Shown here one piece after another: positions 24,644 to 38,300 of a DNA stretch of 64,000 nucleotides. This DNA comes from Moniliella sp. 'wahieum' (lineage: Eukaryota): NCBI GenBank assembly GCA_003971905.1, contig RSEE01000013.1, forward strand, positions 186,001-250,000, in the 5' to 3' direction. The notes below the pieces were generated by a model. That model was not told where the DNA came from. It worked only from the letters and a program-made list of their open reading frames with translations, and did no database searches. Made by a program: the position numbers and the translations under genes. The first letter of the stretch is position 1; every line of letters starts with the position of its first letter.

Positions 24644-26510
24644 TGTCGGTCGATGTTAGATCTTAGGTCTTCCAGCGACCGACCAGCGTGGCCACAAATG
24701 GGGCGACATGTGACATGGTGCAACCGAGGGGGGACGTTGGACTGCTGAAACAGGTGTGAGGTATTCGTTACCCATATTCCTGTCGCAGCACCGTCTGGGG
24801 AGAGCTTAAGTTACGTTAAGCGCTAAGCTTAAACGTTAAACGTGAAACCGTTAATTCCTGCCGCCTAAGGCCTAAGGCGCGAGAGCCTGAACATGTGAGA
24901 TCAGAGACCGCCTCGGAGATGGAAGTGTTGACCACCAGTGGTCTAGAGCCCATCGGCCTTCAGTGACACGTGGCCCGATGCACACAGTGCACCGGGGCAG
25001 TGAGTTCCGGACCTTCCACGGGTTTCCACTGGCCTCCAGGCCAGGAGCCTATCAAGGCCCATAGCTCTAGCTCTCAAGGCCCATAGCTCTAGCTCTCCTT
25101 AGCTCTTGAATGCCATCTCCATCCATCATCGCCAGCATCGCTAGCTAGGCCTGTGACAGGAAGTGCACACGACAGACTATTACTGTGGTTACCGGTACCT
25201 GTTACCGCGCATCGAAGGGGCAGAAGCGAATGCTGCTGCTCCCTCAGCCTGAGCTCAGCTTAGCGCTGAGGCGCTGAGGCTCCGTACACTCAACACTCCA
25301 CGTCAACACTCGACTCAACGTCCCAACCAACACTCAACGTGCTCAGTACTCGCAGGTTGTTGATACACGTTGTGACGTACGCGGTGGCAGCTAGTGCGGG
25401 TGCCAAAGGCAGGCGCAACGTGCTACGGGCCATGTGCAGCACAGCAACGTGGAAGCGTGCGTGCTGTCGTCCCAACCCTACCTGCATAGCAGCAGTGTGT
25501 TACCATGCGCCGCTGCGGCAATGCAGCTACGGAGCTTGACCATCATGCATGTGGATCATGCATCATGCGCCGCTCGTCACGCGTCACTCCCAAGCATCAT
25601 GCATCATGCATCCTGTCACGTCATGCGCATGTCTTCTTCCCACGCAAGAATGTCGCCGCTGAGAAGTTCCACTCGAGCCCAGAGAAAAAAAAATGGCCCT
25701 GGATCGGGACCGGATGGTGCTGAGCCTGAGCCTTCTTCCATCCCCTCGCTCCCCCGCCTTCCCCCGCCTTCCCCAGCCCGAAGGGCTCACGCAGGGTCGG
25801 ACTTGGCCAGCGAGTTGACCAACAGGCTGAGAAACGGCAATATCGACTATCGACGATCGATGATGGATGAATCGGGGATCAGCGATCGGTCATCGATCAT
25901 CGACATCAGATTGGCTGGGGTTGGCTCTGACATGGTGCACCGCAAGGCATCCAGTTGGAATGGCCCAACGGATAAATACACGATGGGGCCAAGCTCCAAG
26001 ACAGACCATGACTACTTGACATCTCCGGCAATCGAGATCATCGACCGATCCTCAGAGCACCGGGCACGAGCACTAGCGTGAGCCAGAGACTAGTGACCTC
26101 ATCGGGCAGCGGTGCTGGGTGGCAATGTCTGCTCGCGAAACGGCGACGGGCTGCTGGCCATCCGATCCAGCGTCTCAGCCTCAGCGTCTCAGCCTAGCGC
26201 GCAGCCGCGCAGGCGCAGTGCCAGGCACGCGTGACATCAGATGCCGATGTGCATGTGACGCGTGACGCGTACCTTCGATGCGGCCGGGAACCAGGGTCGC
26301 GGCGATCACACGTCCATCAGATCAGCCGTCGCCCCACCACGCCTTCTGATTTTTCCAGATTGCAATTTTTTTTCCCGCCCGCCGCCCCAACACCTCCACC
26401 ACCCGCCCACCCCGCCCCCCTCGACCCCCCCCACCCGACCTAACCCCTTTCGCACCCCCGGCGCCCATGGCTGTCGGTGCCCCCTCAGCCCTGCGTTTCC
26501 TGCCCGCCCC

Positions 26511-28029
26511 ATGTCCTACGCGCCAGCAAGCAGGAGGCGCTCCAGCGCCAAGCCGCCCCCCGACTGCGATGCTGACACTGCTGGGCTGGATGTCCGACGA
26601 GCTCTGCACCGTTTGTGCCGAGCCCGTCGTGGCCGGCAGCCTTTTCTGCAGCGCAACGTGCCGCCGCCGCGACCTGGAGCCGCAGACTGCCCCCCTACCT
26701 ACCTCCATCCGCCGAGCTCGCCCAGGCCCACGAATCAGCCGGTGCCGCCGGCGCTACCTTCAATGCTCTTCTTCCTTCACCCTCACTTGCAGCAACAGCC
26801 TTCCGCCGAGGACATTTCGCTCCGCATGCATACCCGCGCACGCCCCAGCAACCCCCCGCTCCCCGCCCCTCGGCTGCACGCTCCCCCAAACGTCTCAGCA
26901 TGGCCAGCATCAGCCCCAGTGTCAGCGAGGGCGAATCCGAGCCGCCTCCTTCCACTCCTTCGCCCCAGATTTCTGCCCCGAACGGCCAAGGCCCCGACCT
27001 GCATCCGCTGATCAAGTCCCCTGCCATGCGCTTTGTACGCAAGCCCAACGCGACCAACATGCCTGCTCCGGTTCTGCTTGCCAGCCCCGCCTTGGGCGCT
27101 TCTACCCGTCGGCCACCCAGTTCGGCTAGCTCGACGCCTGCATCCCCATGGATGACAATGGACCACCCACCGCGTCCTTCTTCTCGCCCGCCTTCGCGCC
27201 TTACGTACCAGCCCCACCCTTCTGCCTATCCTCACGCGATTCTGGAGGACGATGCGGACTCGGATGCGGCCTCGTGCATCTCGGGCTTTGACTTGGGCCC
27301 CGCCGCTCGGGACCATGCGCTTCCGGGCCACGTGCAACTGTCATGCTCCGGCCACTTCGACTCATGCGCGGCCGGGATCGCCAGTGGTTCATCGACGTTT
27401 GCCCAGCGACTCGATCGTGGCGCTGCGCAACGCATTAAATATGGCGACGATCGAGCGGCCTCGTGCGGCGCATGCGACCACCGACTCGGCCGTGAGCGAA
27501 CTACGGGGACGACCGACTCGTCCGCGCGCGCTCGGTCCCTCTGTCAGTCCCACCCACTGGGAGACGGAAGAACGGGGCCGGTCACGCACCACGGACGCAC
27601 TGCGCGACCGTGCACAAGCTCGCCGCGCCACCTCGTCCCACGATGTCGAGTTGCACGGCCGCTTGGCCTCTCGCTCCCCGCTCCTCCCTCGCCCGCGCGG
27701 CAGAGGAGCTGGATTCTCGCCGTGGCCGCCTCGTCCACACGAGCACCCCGGTCCATTTCCCGCCGCCGCAGTCCGTCGCCCCGCGACGCGGCGACCGGCG
27801 CTTAGCGTCCCGCGTTCGTGAACGCCTGCAGCTGGACCCGGCGGTGGACTTGGGCGCGTACGCGGTGCCAGCGGTACGCTCGACGTCCAGCGGAGACGGG
27901 ACGGATGGCGTGCCGGCGAGCGCGTTGGCCTTGGCCATGCGCAGTGCCGCGCCACAGGAACCTACGCTGCCGGAACCGCGTGCGCAGGTGGACTCACCTG
28001 CTCCCCGCGCGAGCGTACATGCAGTTTGA
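26511..28029 (+). CDS. Ecl1-family-like protein: N-terminal Cys4 motif plus long Ser/Pro/Arg-rich tail; frameshifted
   Basis: ELCTVCAEPVVAGSLFCSATCRRRD matches the CxxC..L(Y/F)CSxxCRxxD motif of fungal Ecl1/2/3 proteins. Confidence 0.65.
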
Positions 28030-29799
28030 CCGGCGCCACGTCCCCGCTCACTTCGCTCTCCCGCTCTCGGCCTTCCAGCCGGTCCTCCTGTTTCCCCTTC
28101 GTCCTCGCTCCTCACTCGCGGACGGGCACTGACAATGCAGCTGGGCAGAGGCAGCTCCCGCGTGCCCGTCAGTGTTCAACCTCGTGGCCTCTAGTTTGCA
28201 ATCTTTGTTCCTTCTCTCCTCTTCTTCCTTTCTCTTTTCCTCCCCTCCTCTCCTCTCTCCTCTCTTCCCTCTCCCTCTTCCTCTCCTCTTCTCTCTCGTC
28301 TCCTCTCTCTGTTCCCCCTCTGCATTCTTCCCAAAAGCATCTCTTCCCAGCAAGCACAGTGACCTCGCATATCGATCTCTCCTCTTTCCTCTCCCCTACC
28401 CTACCCTCACCACTTTTTTTTCATTTCTTTTCTTTCTTGTGCGGCCGGACGCGGTCGCCCTTGCAAAGTCCCTTTCCAAACACCCACCACTTGTTTCCGT
28501 CTCGACGCGTGCATGCCCTACCAGCACACACGCATATCACTCGACTCTGATCCAACGATCTGGACGCTGGCTCTTCGTATCTCTTCTTCCCCTTGGCCAT
28601 GGCCCTTCACTCTACCCCCCGCCTCGCGGCGGGAACGAGAAGGCCTATATCCTCTTTAAACCCCCCCTCTGCCCTCTGCTCTCTTCCCTTGCCACCCCCC
28701 TCGCCCCTTCCCTCCTTCCTGTTTATCATTGGTGCCTCCCACGGTCCTACTGGCACCGCCCAGCCAGGCTCGCAAAGGTACGACTACGAGGGCTTCACCC
28801 CTCTCCTACTCTCCTGCCCTTGATCTTCTTTCCGCGGCCTGTCGTGCCCGGATGCTACCTCCCTCTTCCCCCCCCCCTCAAACGCCCTGCTCACCCCCCC
28901 CCTCCATCCCAACCCAACCCAAAAGCATATTACAAACATATATTATTTCCACCATCGCTGCCTTGCTTCTCATCGACGTTAGATCTCCCACCATGTCGTT
29001 CCCCTTGAGCGTCTGGGGCAGGGGAGGGTCAATGATTTCTGAATGCCTCTCCCCTCAGTGATGAGGCTCGTCGGGCAAGGCCCAGGGTCCAAAGAGACCA
29101 GCATTCGGTGGGCCGGGGTGGAACGCTGTGGGCAACGCTGTGGGCAACGCTGTGGGGAACCGTGGGGCACCCCATTTTACCCTCTACTACCTCAATCCAC
29201 CACCTGCGTTGTTGTACGAGGCCCATTTGGATCCGCCCGGTCAGTCCGTGACCAGCAATCGACATAACCATTGAATCGTGGTCGGGCAGGCCGGTCGGGC
29301 GGTAGGTCAAAATCCCTCATGTCGTGAGCGCGTGAGTTCTCAGCTGAACTCCCCTTTCTCCTCCACCAGGACGATTGCGAACGATGAGAGGGAGATGGGG
29401 CGGAAGCGAGAATGCGGGCCATGCAAACAAGGTCTACGGTCGACTAGCTTGCTAGTGGCTCTACTAGGGACTACGCAGGGTGAAACGCGCGGGTTGGATC
29501 GTTGGACTTGAATGCCATTGGTGCCTGATGCGCTCGCTGCCCGTTCACATTTCTAACCACACAGGCGTTCTACAGCCCACGCGCGTCCAACCACGAGAGG
29601 GCAAACGGTTCTTCGGAACGTGAACGTATACAAGCCTAGGGAATCTACTAGAGAGAAGGGTGGGGCCTGGGGGGGAGCCTGGGGGGGTAATGTGGAGGTG
29701 ACCGGGACCCGGTAGCGGTACAGGAACCCTTGCGACACAGGCATAGTAATAGGAATGAAATGGTCGACCAAAGGAAAAAAAAGGAAGGGGGAAACAGGG

Positions 29800-31245
29800 T
29801 CTTAATCAAAGTGCATCTCACCACGGTACATGAAATGCCACCACTGCCGTCCCACTGGAACGAGGCACGGACGTACCCGTACGCCCACCCGTCTGGGCGA
29901 GAGGACGAGGAAGATCAGCCCCCAAACCGGGCCCAGTGTGTCTGTGGCCTTGTCGACAAAACTCCCACTTGGGCTGGTTTTGAATGGCCAAGACGAGCGC
30001 CAAGCTCAGTGGAACAAAGCAAGAGAGGTAACGCGAGCACCCAGGAGATGGTGGTCACCATGTGGCGGAACGGGGGACTGGCGTTTCCAGCGCTGGTCGA
30101 ACCGGTCGCGAAACGCTGGCGCCCCCCGCCGTCGACGGCGGTCAGGTCAGGCCAGAGTAGGCGACAGCAGGAAGAAACGGAGTGGAAGCCGCATGGCCGG
30201 ATAAGGCAACGGGGCTACGAACGTTGCAATGAGCCAGCATGGTGGGCACCAGCATCGCTGCGCCAATCAAGGCAAAAATCGCAGGCGGGCTAAGTGCCAT
30301 CAGGGCCAATTGCCATAGTTGCCATTGAGACGGTGCCAAGGGAGAGTGATGGAGCCAAGGATGATGCCGCCCAGAAAGGACCATTGGAACACGTCCCAGC
30401 ATTGAATCGACCGCTTGCTTTGGCACAGCACCGCAGCCCATCGAGTTTCGTTGGTGTGGTGCACCAGCATGACAAACGCCCCATTTTTCTTGTAACAATC
30501 CCACCAACGCCAGAACCATTGAGAATTCTAGCCCCAACAGAGACCAAAATGCAAGGTCTCAGGTTAGTACGACAAGACTCACGACCTATTGGAGAAAGAG
30601 AGAGAGAGGAGGGAGGGTAAGGCTGCGTACTGAAGCGTCCCCAAAGTAGCCGTCGTGGCCCCATAGAGCACTATACCCTCGTCCACAGAAACACCCAAAA
30701 ATAGGATCAGACAACAGTAGACCTCTTTTGCTCATCCCTGGCACAGTGCCAACCCGACGTACCGCTATGATCCCCGTCTCGGATCCTCTTCGTGTCGCTG
30801 TAGTGCAAAAGAACGTAAACACCACAATCGGAACCACAGCATTGAACGTGACCAGAGCGACCACTGGGTATTATATTCGGATACATATATCGAGCGCAAA
30901 GAAGAGATGAGAGAAAAAGTGCGCGAACATGCACGCACATGCCGCTCTTTGTGTCAGTATACCATGAGCGGCAGCCCTTCTTTGGGCAGGAAGAGGACGA
31001 ACTGTTTAGTGTAAACGAAACGCGCCGTGCGCCCCAATCGTACTCGAGGCTAGGAGGACAGGGAGCATTCAGGCTGGCCTCCTCGTCCTGGCTGGCCTCA
31101 GGCTTCAACCCGCGCCCGGCGAGCCGAACGGAGGAGGTCTCCTTCCATCCCCCCTATCCCAACTGAGAGGCGGTTGGTCACGGGGGGTTGAGCTGGCGCA
31201 GTCGTGCGCCGAGTGCGTCTCGCCAGGGAGGGAGAGGAGGGACAT
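29800..31245 (-). CDS. Possible multi-exon membrane protein of unknown family; 3' end uncertain
   Basis: ATG at 31245 opens into ORF 30707..31108. Intron-like gtgcgt...cccag at ~30938-30864. Hydrophobic segments VALVTFNAVVPIVVFTFFC and PPAIFALIGAAMLVP. Confidence 0.35.
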
Positions 31246-31859
31246 GATGGCGTCTATGCGTACAGTGTAGTGGGCTGGTGGTGGAGGGGTTGAAATGGGA
31301 ACAGAGGCGTGCTAAGGAGAGGGCGATGTGGCTCGTGCTTTGTGCACACGAGAGAAGGCGAGCAGTGGCGGAAGGGAGCAATGGTCCCCAAGCCGAAGAC
31401 AGGAAGGGCCGCGCGGGGAAGAGTAGAAACTGGCCAAAAGGATGGTGGTGGGCGTGAGGAAAGGAGAAGAAGGTAGAATGCTGGGTGGGGACGGGCAGCA
31501 GGTTTCCCTGCCTGGCCCGGGGGCTGTGCATGGCATGCTGGATGCTCGACGCAAGGCGCAGTGGAGGCCAGTGTGTTTGCCCCCGTTCCCAGCGTAGAGT
31601 GCTGATTATGCTTGCTTCGGCAATCCGAGTCGCGAGCCCAAAGTGAAACCAGCGCACAAACAACAAGGTGCCTGCTGTGCTGTAGAGCGCACAAGGACAG
31701 AGAACACTGGCCCTACAGCAGTCCCTGCGCTTGTTTGCCCCAGCCTAATCGGAGGACGACTAGCAGCCGTGGCAGATCATCGATCACGATCGACCTACTC
31801 CCTATCGTCGTTGCACCTGGTCGTGACGCGTGGCGGGCGGATGGTGCCCCCGGCCGTTA

Positions 31860-34800
31860 TGGAGAGCATCGGCATCAAAAGCAGATCGACTGGTAACACA
31901 ACAGTAATGAAGATCATGGTATTCCAGGCGGCCCTGTTGTGCTTTCCTCAGTGCGCAAGGAGAGCATCATCATCCGAGAGACACAGCAACCATTGCCCGT
32001 CGGGGTACAACAACAGCAGCACACGGGGGAGGGCGGTAAGGGAGAGCGTGCATGGTTAGGACCAAGACGCATCGCCACGCGCAATGTTGTCCAGAAAGAG
32101 GTCCATCCGGGCCAGCTTGGTAAAGGCGGCGGGGCCACCCAAGCGCATAAACTCAGCGGGCATGTGGACCGAGAAGTGGAGCTGGCTCTCACCAGGCTCC
32201 TCGTCCCTGCGCCATCGCCCCTTGACTCTGCGGCAGAACCAAGCGGAGCGGTAGCAAGGGAACGCTGAGGCCTCCCTCCCTCTTCCTCGCCCCCCTGCAG
32301 TCCAAGCGACGCCACACCCCTTCGAGCAGCACGCGCCGCTTGATGGCTCGCCCCCCTCAGTTCCCCCATGCGCGCTTCGAGATCGGTCCAAACCGCCCGC
32401 GAGCGCGCATCCAACAGATCGCCGCGCCGCAGGCGTTGCATAAACGACGACTCCATGTCCCACGGAGGCGCACGGTCCCATCCAAAGTTTTGTCGGATGC
32501 CCTCACGAGTTCGCCACCAAAGGCACCCATCCTGGTCGCATTCAAGCGCTCGGCGCCGCCCCCATTCCCGAATCCGTCGGACCAGGAACCAGGAGAGGCA
32601 GCAATCGGGAACGGCGGCCCCCACCCAATGTTCACTGGACAGGTCCAATGTCTCGTCCGTCCAGACATCTTTGTGCTCAATGGGCCAGCCGCCATTAGCA
32701 TCTTCCCGACTTGTACTGGCACGGGCCTACCCTGCTTGAAGGAACGGGGCGAGCGTGGTGACCGGACCACGCCTGCCATGGCGCGGCGGCGTTGAGCTTC
32801 GGTCATACGACTCCTTTAGGGAGGGGCCCCACTACTTTCGCTGTTGCCCAGGGGGAGGAAAGCGAGGGAGGGGAGGAAGGGAGCCCAGAGTGTCCCGGGC
32901 AGAGGCGCCGACCGGTGTGGGCGAGGCGGAGTAGGGCGTTGGCGATCCCGACCCGCTCTTGGCCGTTTCGGGTGGGGGGCTTCCGGCGTAATACCGCTTT
33001 TGGAGCAAAGCACGCGCTTGCGCCTCGCGGTTCCATTCTTCTTTAGTAGCCCAGGAAATGTGGAGACGGGCAAATTCGCCTACTCCCCATTCTGCCAGCA
33101 AAGCCTCGGCCAATGCATCTCGTTTCTCCAGGGGTTCATGCGGGGTCTGGGAGAAGATTCGGTCCGCGGCTAGTTCTTGGACAAAGACCCGGAGCTGCGA
33201 TGCCGTCGTCTCCACTGGCCTGAGAGCGAAGCGTCGGGTAGAGTACCGAATGTGCGTTGCTCCTCTGCTCACCTCTCGCTGGGACACAAGCGGCGCAGTC
33301 TCCTCGTCCGACTCGACACCTTGCTCTTGGCTTCGTAGGGCAGAGAGACAACATGCCAAGTAACTGTGCGGGGAGACCGACCCAGCTCGCAGAGCGTCCA
33401 GTCTTGCGATCGGGATGGACATACCAGACATGGGACTGTGTGGGTCAAGCCCAATAAGATGGACTTTGGTAAGCCTCTGGCGGATGCCGGTCAGCTGGAA
33501 CTGCGGCCACGCCTCCAACGCCGCTTGGCAGGATCCAGTGCACGAGCTCGGACCGGCCAGAGTCCCGCATATGAGGCGGGGGGCAATTCGGACCCGGCCT
33601 CGACCTCGGTCTCAAGTACTGCCTCCATCTTAGCACGCGCCGCCTCCCTGGGCTTCAACCGAACTGGACGTGCTCCACAATGGCTGTGGATCAAATCGTA
33701 CAAGGGTTTTCCGTTCCATCGTACACTGCCGTCAACTCTGAAGGAGTCAAGGTCGGGTGGGAAAAAGTTGGGGAGAAAAGTTGCAACTCGGCCGCACCGA
33801 GAGAGAGACGCTCGAGGGAGGGGAGGTGCTCCAAGAGATGTGCGAGCGAGCGACCATGCCGCGCGGGCAGCTGGTGCATTTTTTGGATCAGATGCCAAGG
33901 TGCCCCATGCTCTTCGAGAATACTGCTCAAGATGGCGGCAATCCGTTGTCGTCGCTCATCCAGCTGATCCACGAGTTGAAACAGGTCTGGCCCACCATCG
34001 AGGGCGGGCTCAAAGGCGCTTCCTCGGCATCATCGGCGTCGTATCCGCGAGCAAGCATGCGACTGGGAGGGGGGGAGAAGGACGGCGAGGGCGAGAAAGA
34101 CGGCGGGTCGCTGATGGACTCCCGGGCAATATCGATGAACAAATTCTCAACGACAGGGCCCAAACGGTTTGTGGTCCCCCTTCCAACTGTCCTCCTGACG
34201 CTCGGTATCAATGAGCCGGGGAGGGGTGGGTGGAGGCAGTGGATAAGGGAGTCAACAGTAAAGCTAGATGACTGTGGTTCGGGGTTCGCGAGTGTCGGAC
34301 TGACCCACTGGTTTGAGGGTGTGGTGCACCCAAACCGGGTCTCTAGTAGTCGTTTGGCCTCAGCGGGAACGGCATGGCGGCCGGCAAGAACAGGGTGGGG
34401 CGTGGCGTGGGTGGACGAAATGGGCGCACCAACGTCTTCGAGAGCAGAAGTGACCTCGTCAATGCATGTGGTGAGCACGTCCGCGAATGTGGGAGGTAAA
34501 TGCCAGTCAGCCAAGATGGGGACGAGCTGCTCATGCTCGATGCGGGCCCAAAAGGACTGGAGGGCGAGGGGGGTGGTGAGGATGTGGGTTTTGCGACGTT
34601 CGGTGGCGAGAAGGTTGTACACGCCCCGTGACACGCATGACAGTACGCACCCGGTCCGCGCATCGATCCGGGCGGCGCAGAGAAATATGTCGCACACCAC
34701 GTCGGCTGATAGCCTGAGCGGGCGCAGCGGGGATGGATGTCGGGGGCGTCGAGCGCAATGGCGATGGGCGCAGCGGATGGCTCGGGCGCCATCAACCCAT

Positions 34801-34871
34801 CGTCGGCGGTGCCGGGATGGGCATGGGTGCAGATATGGGCGCGTGTATGGGGGTCGACGTTGAGGGGACAT
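31860..34871 (-). CDS. Hypothetical protein, possibly with an N-terminal F-box-like motif; frameshifted
   Basis: Chain of protein-like minus-strand ORFs (33927..34871, 33491..33972, 32832..33518, 31914..32806); RLSADVVCDIF..LSCVSRGVYNL. Confidence 0.4.
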
Positions 34872-35373
34872 GGGTTTTAACGGAGCCGGGGTGGGTGGAC
34901 GGGTGGAGCAGGGGGGAGGCCTGAATCAGGGGCTCAAGCGAGCCAGCACTGGCCAAAAAATCTCCAAATCGATCGTGGCGCGCTGCTCTGATCAAATTGA
35001 TCAGGCGTGCTATCTCTCTATTGGCGCACAAGGCCGGCATCATGTGATGTGGGTGACGTCACTCGTCACGTGCTACTCAGGGTACCCGTTTCCCAGCTGC
35101 ATGTCTCCCTGTCCTACTCGCCTCGAATGATCTCCAACGAAGCGGCAGACCCATTCAACACGCCGCTACGCAACACTTTCGCTCCTGCCATGTGCAAGGG
35201 AAAAGACGCTAAGGAACGGAGCCCACTCAACACTGGAACGAGACCACAACTATAGTCCATGCAGCACTACGGGTAGCGCAACGGGGACCGCCATTGTTTT
35301 CGATTTATCACAGCCGTCACAGAGACATGCACGAGGAAAGATACGGACGAACATGGCCAAGCAGACGTGGCTA

Positions 35374-38300
35374 CTACGCAAATGTGCCAGGAATGACCTT
35401 GGGCGGCGGCACAGGCGAGTAGCCTTCCGTGTTGACATTGTCGTAGAACTCGGCGCCCGACGTGGTGGGTGCAATGACGCCCGAGCGGATGACCCAGTCG
35501 CCAAACGGCTCTCCCTCGAGGCGCTCAGCAGCATACCGCTTCACCAACGGCTCGAGCTCCTTGAGGATCTGCTCCTCGCCTACGCCATCGCGGAAGATCT
35601 TGGACAGACGTTGGCCTGCATGCCCTCCTCCCAGAAGCATCAGGTACGATCCCGGTGCCTTGCCCACAAACCCAATTTCCGCCAGCCAAGGACGAGAGCA
35701 ACCGTTGGCGCATCCACTCATCCGCATCACCACCTCGTCGTCCCGCAGCCCAGCCGCAACAAACAGCGCTCCACCTTCTCAACAAGGATGGGCAGGTACC
35801 GTTCCGACTCGGCCATGGCCAGGCCGCACGTGGGGAAGGCGACGCAGGCCGAGGCGCTGCGCTGGATGCCCGACAGGTTCCAATTGTCCATTTTGTACTT
35901 GCGCAGGTGCTCCCCACCTTGGGCTTATCCTCCTCAGCCACGTCCGAGACAATGATGTGCTGGTTGGGGGTCATGCGGAAGGTACCCTTGTGCCACTTGG
36001 CCAGCTCGCGCAGCCCTGTGCGGAAGGGCGACTCGGGCGTATCCTTCACCCGCCCATTCTCGAGCCACAGACCACAGTGCCATTGCCACGATGGTCCTTA
36101 ATCCACCCGTACTGGTCCGTGTTGCACTCAAACTTGTACGGGCGCGCAGGCGCCAGCTTCCATCCCAACCGCTTCTCAATCTCGTCCCGGAACTTATCCG
36201 CTCCACCAAAGTGCTTGTCAATCGTGTACTTGAGCCGCGCTTGCTTCCGGTTGGCACGGTTGCCCGTGTCCCGCTGGGTAAGCATCACGTACGCACCGCG
36301 TCGAGAGTTTGCTCGGGCGTGACAAAGCCAATCACCGTTCCCGTCCGAGGGTAGGTGGCCTTCATCGAGTGGGTTACCCCCATCCCACCTCCAACAGACA
36401 GGTTAAACCCAAGTAGACGCTTCGTCGCCGGGTCAGCAATTGCAATCAGCCCCACGTCGTGCGCAAAGCAGTCGACATCGTTGCGCGGCGGCACAGCAAT
36501 GGCAATCTTGAACTTGCGCGGCAAATAGTACGGCCCATAGAGCGGCTCATAGTCCTGCAACGCCCCACCAACCAAAGTTGGTTTTGCTGTCGGTACCCTT
36601 GTCAAGCCAAATTTCGTGGTAGGCGTTCAGCCGGGGCAACAGATGGTCCGATAGGCGCTTGCTAAAGTCAAACACATCTCGTGCAACTCCGAAAGCTGGG
36701 GCAGAGGCGAGGCCATCACGTTGCGGTTCACATCCCCACAGGCGGCAATGGTGTCGAGCAAGGTCTTGTTGATGGCTTGCATAGCGCTCTTGAGATTGCT
36801 CTTGACCACATAGTGATACTGGATGGTTTGCCGCGTCGTGATCTTGAGAGTGCGGTTGCCATAATCGTCCGCGATCTGATCCAAGGCCAGCCATTGAGCA
36901 GGTGTGGCAACCCCGCCCGGGATGCGGCAACGGATCATAAACTGTACGCAGGCTCGAGCCCAGCAGCTTTGCGGTCCTCAGCGTGTCTCGGTCGTACTGC
37001 ATGTACGTACCATGGAACTTGGTCAGTTGCGTGTCGCTCTCGGCAATCGCCCCCGACTTGTCCCCAGGCCCTCGACAATCGTCCCACGGAGGTAGTTGGA
37101 GGCAATTTTGATGTTCTCGTTGGTAATCGGCTCAGGTTCCGGCTCGGTAACCTGGATGTGGTCCACACCGAGAGCCTTCCACACGAGCGGCTCCCAGGCC
37201 TTGTACCCCGTCTGCCAACCGTCAGCATCTTGGTCGTCACCCAGCCCCAACTCGACCAGGGGTCGGCTCCCAGGGCGGCCAGACGCGCAGCCAAATCTTT
37301 AGAAGGCTTGTTGTAGTAACCCGCATCTTCCGGCCGTGGCCAGTAGTGGCTGTCGCCCAAGCCAAACACACCCACCTTGACGGTGCTAATGTGCCCGGAG
37401 CGAGCTTGGCCAGCGTCTTCCATGTCCCTTCCGTTCTGGGGGAACTCGCCCTGGCCAGCTGTGGAGGTCACAAAGAGCACGTTCTCCTCTTGCGCCAGTT
37501 CGTCCGAAATGGGGAAATCGTCCATCGCCAACACACGTGTCGCGACCCCCCGAGCTTGGGCGCGTGGCCCAGTTTCTTCGCCACCTTCTCAGCCGTGCCA
37601 GAATCGGAAGCAAAGAGGATGAGAAGCGGAGGCCCGTCGAGGGACGATAGCAGGTCCGCATACGCCTGCTTGGCCTTGCGCTTTTGGGCGGCTCGCAGCC
37701 CGGCACCTTGGGAGGCGACCAGGTCGTAGGCCAGGGCCGGCTGCGCGTTCGCAAGGTAAGACAACTGGTTGTTGCGGTCAGAAACTGCTTAAGCTGTTCG
37801 CGCAAACGTGCACTGTCGAGGTGGAACACCTCACGGTTTTGGGCCTCGGCGCTAGGGTCCCAACGGAACAACGGCCAATAGCCGCTGTCTACAGCCAGCT
37901 TGGTTTCCTTGAGCACCTCGAGCGCTGCTGCCTCCTGGGTGCGGAAGGGAACGTAGGCCAAGACGATGGAAGGGCCATCGAACGCATCCGCCTCCCGGAT
38001 CGCGTGAAGGACTTGGGTGTAGTCCGAGTAGACCGCCGTGGAGCGACATACACCCCACCGTAATTCATGGCATAAAGGCCAATGTCCTTTTTCCGTTTCT
38101 CGGGTACGACCGCGTCACGCTCGGTGTAAGGAAGCGTGTCAAAGATAGCATGTTGACCTTCTTCCGGACGAGACGACGCTGTGCACGCCCCCCATGCCGG
38201 CATCGTACGCCCACGCATCGCTTCCTACGATCCAACGCGACTTGTCCTCCACACTGGGCAACGTAGCTAGCAGCGCACTGAGTTCGGGAGACAAGGTGGA

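Noticed and set aside
28130..29010. Long Leu/Ser/Pro/Phe-rich ORFs (also 15590-16452)
   Set aside because: They arise from CT-rich low-complexity UTR or LTR sequence.
33366..36322. Long plus-strand ORFs (33757..34863, 35462..36322)
   Set aside because: They are antisense shadows of minus-strand genes in high-GC DNA.
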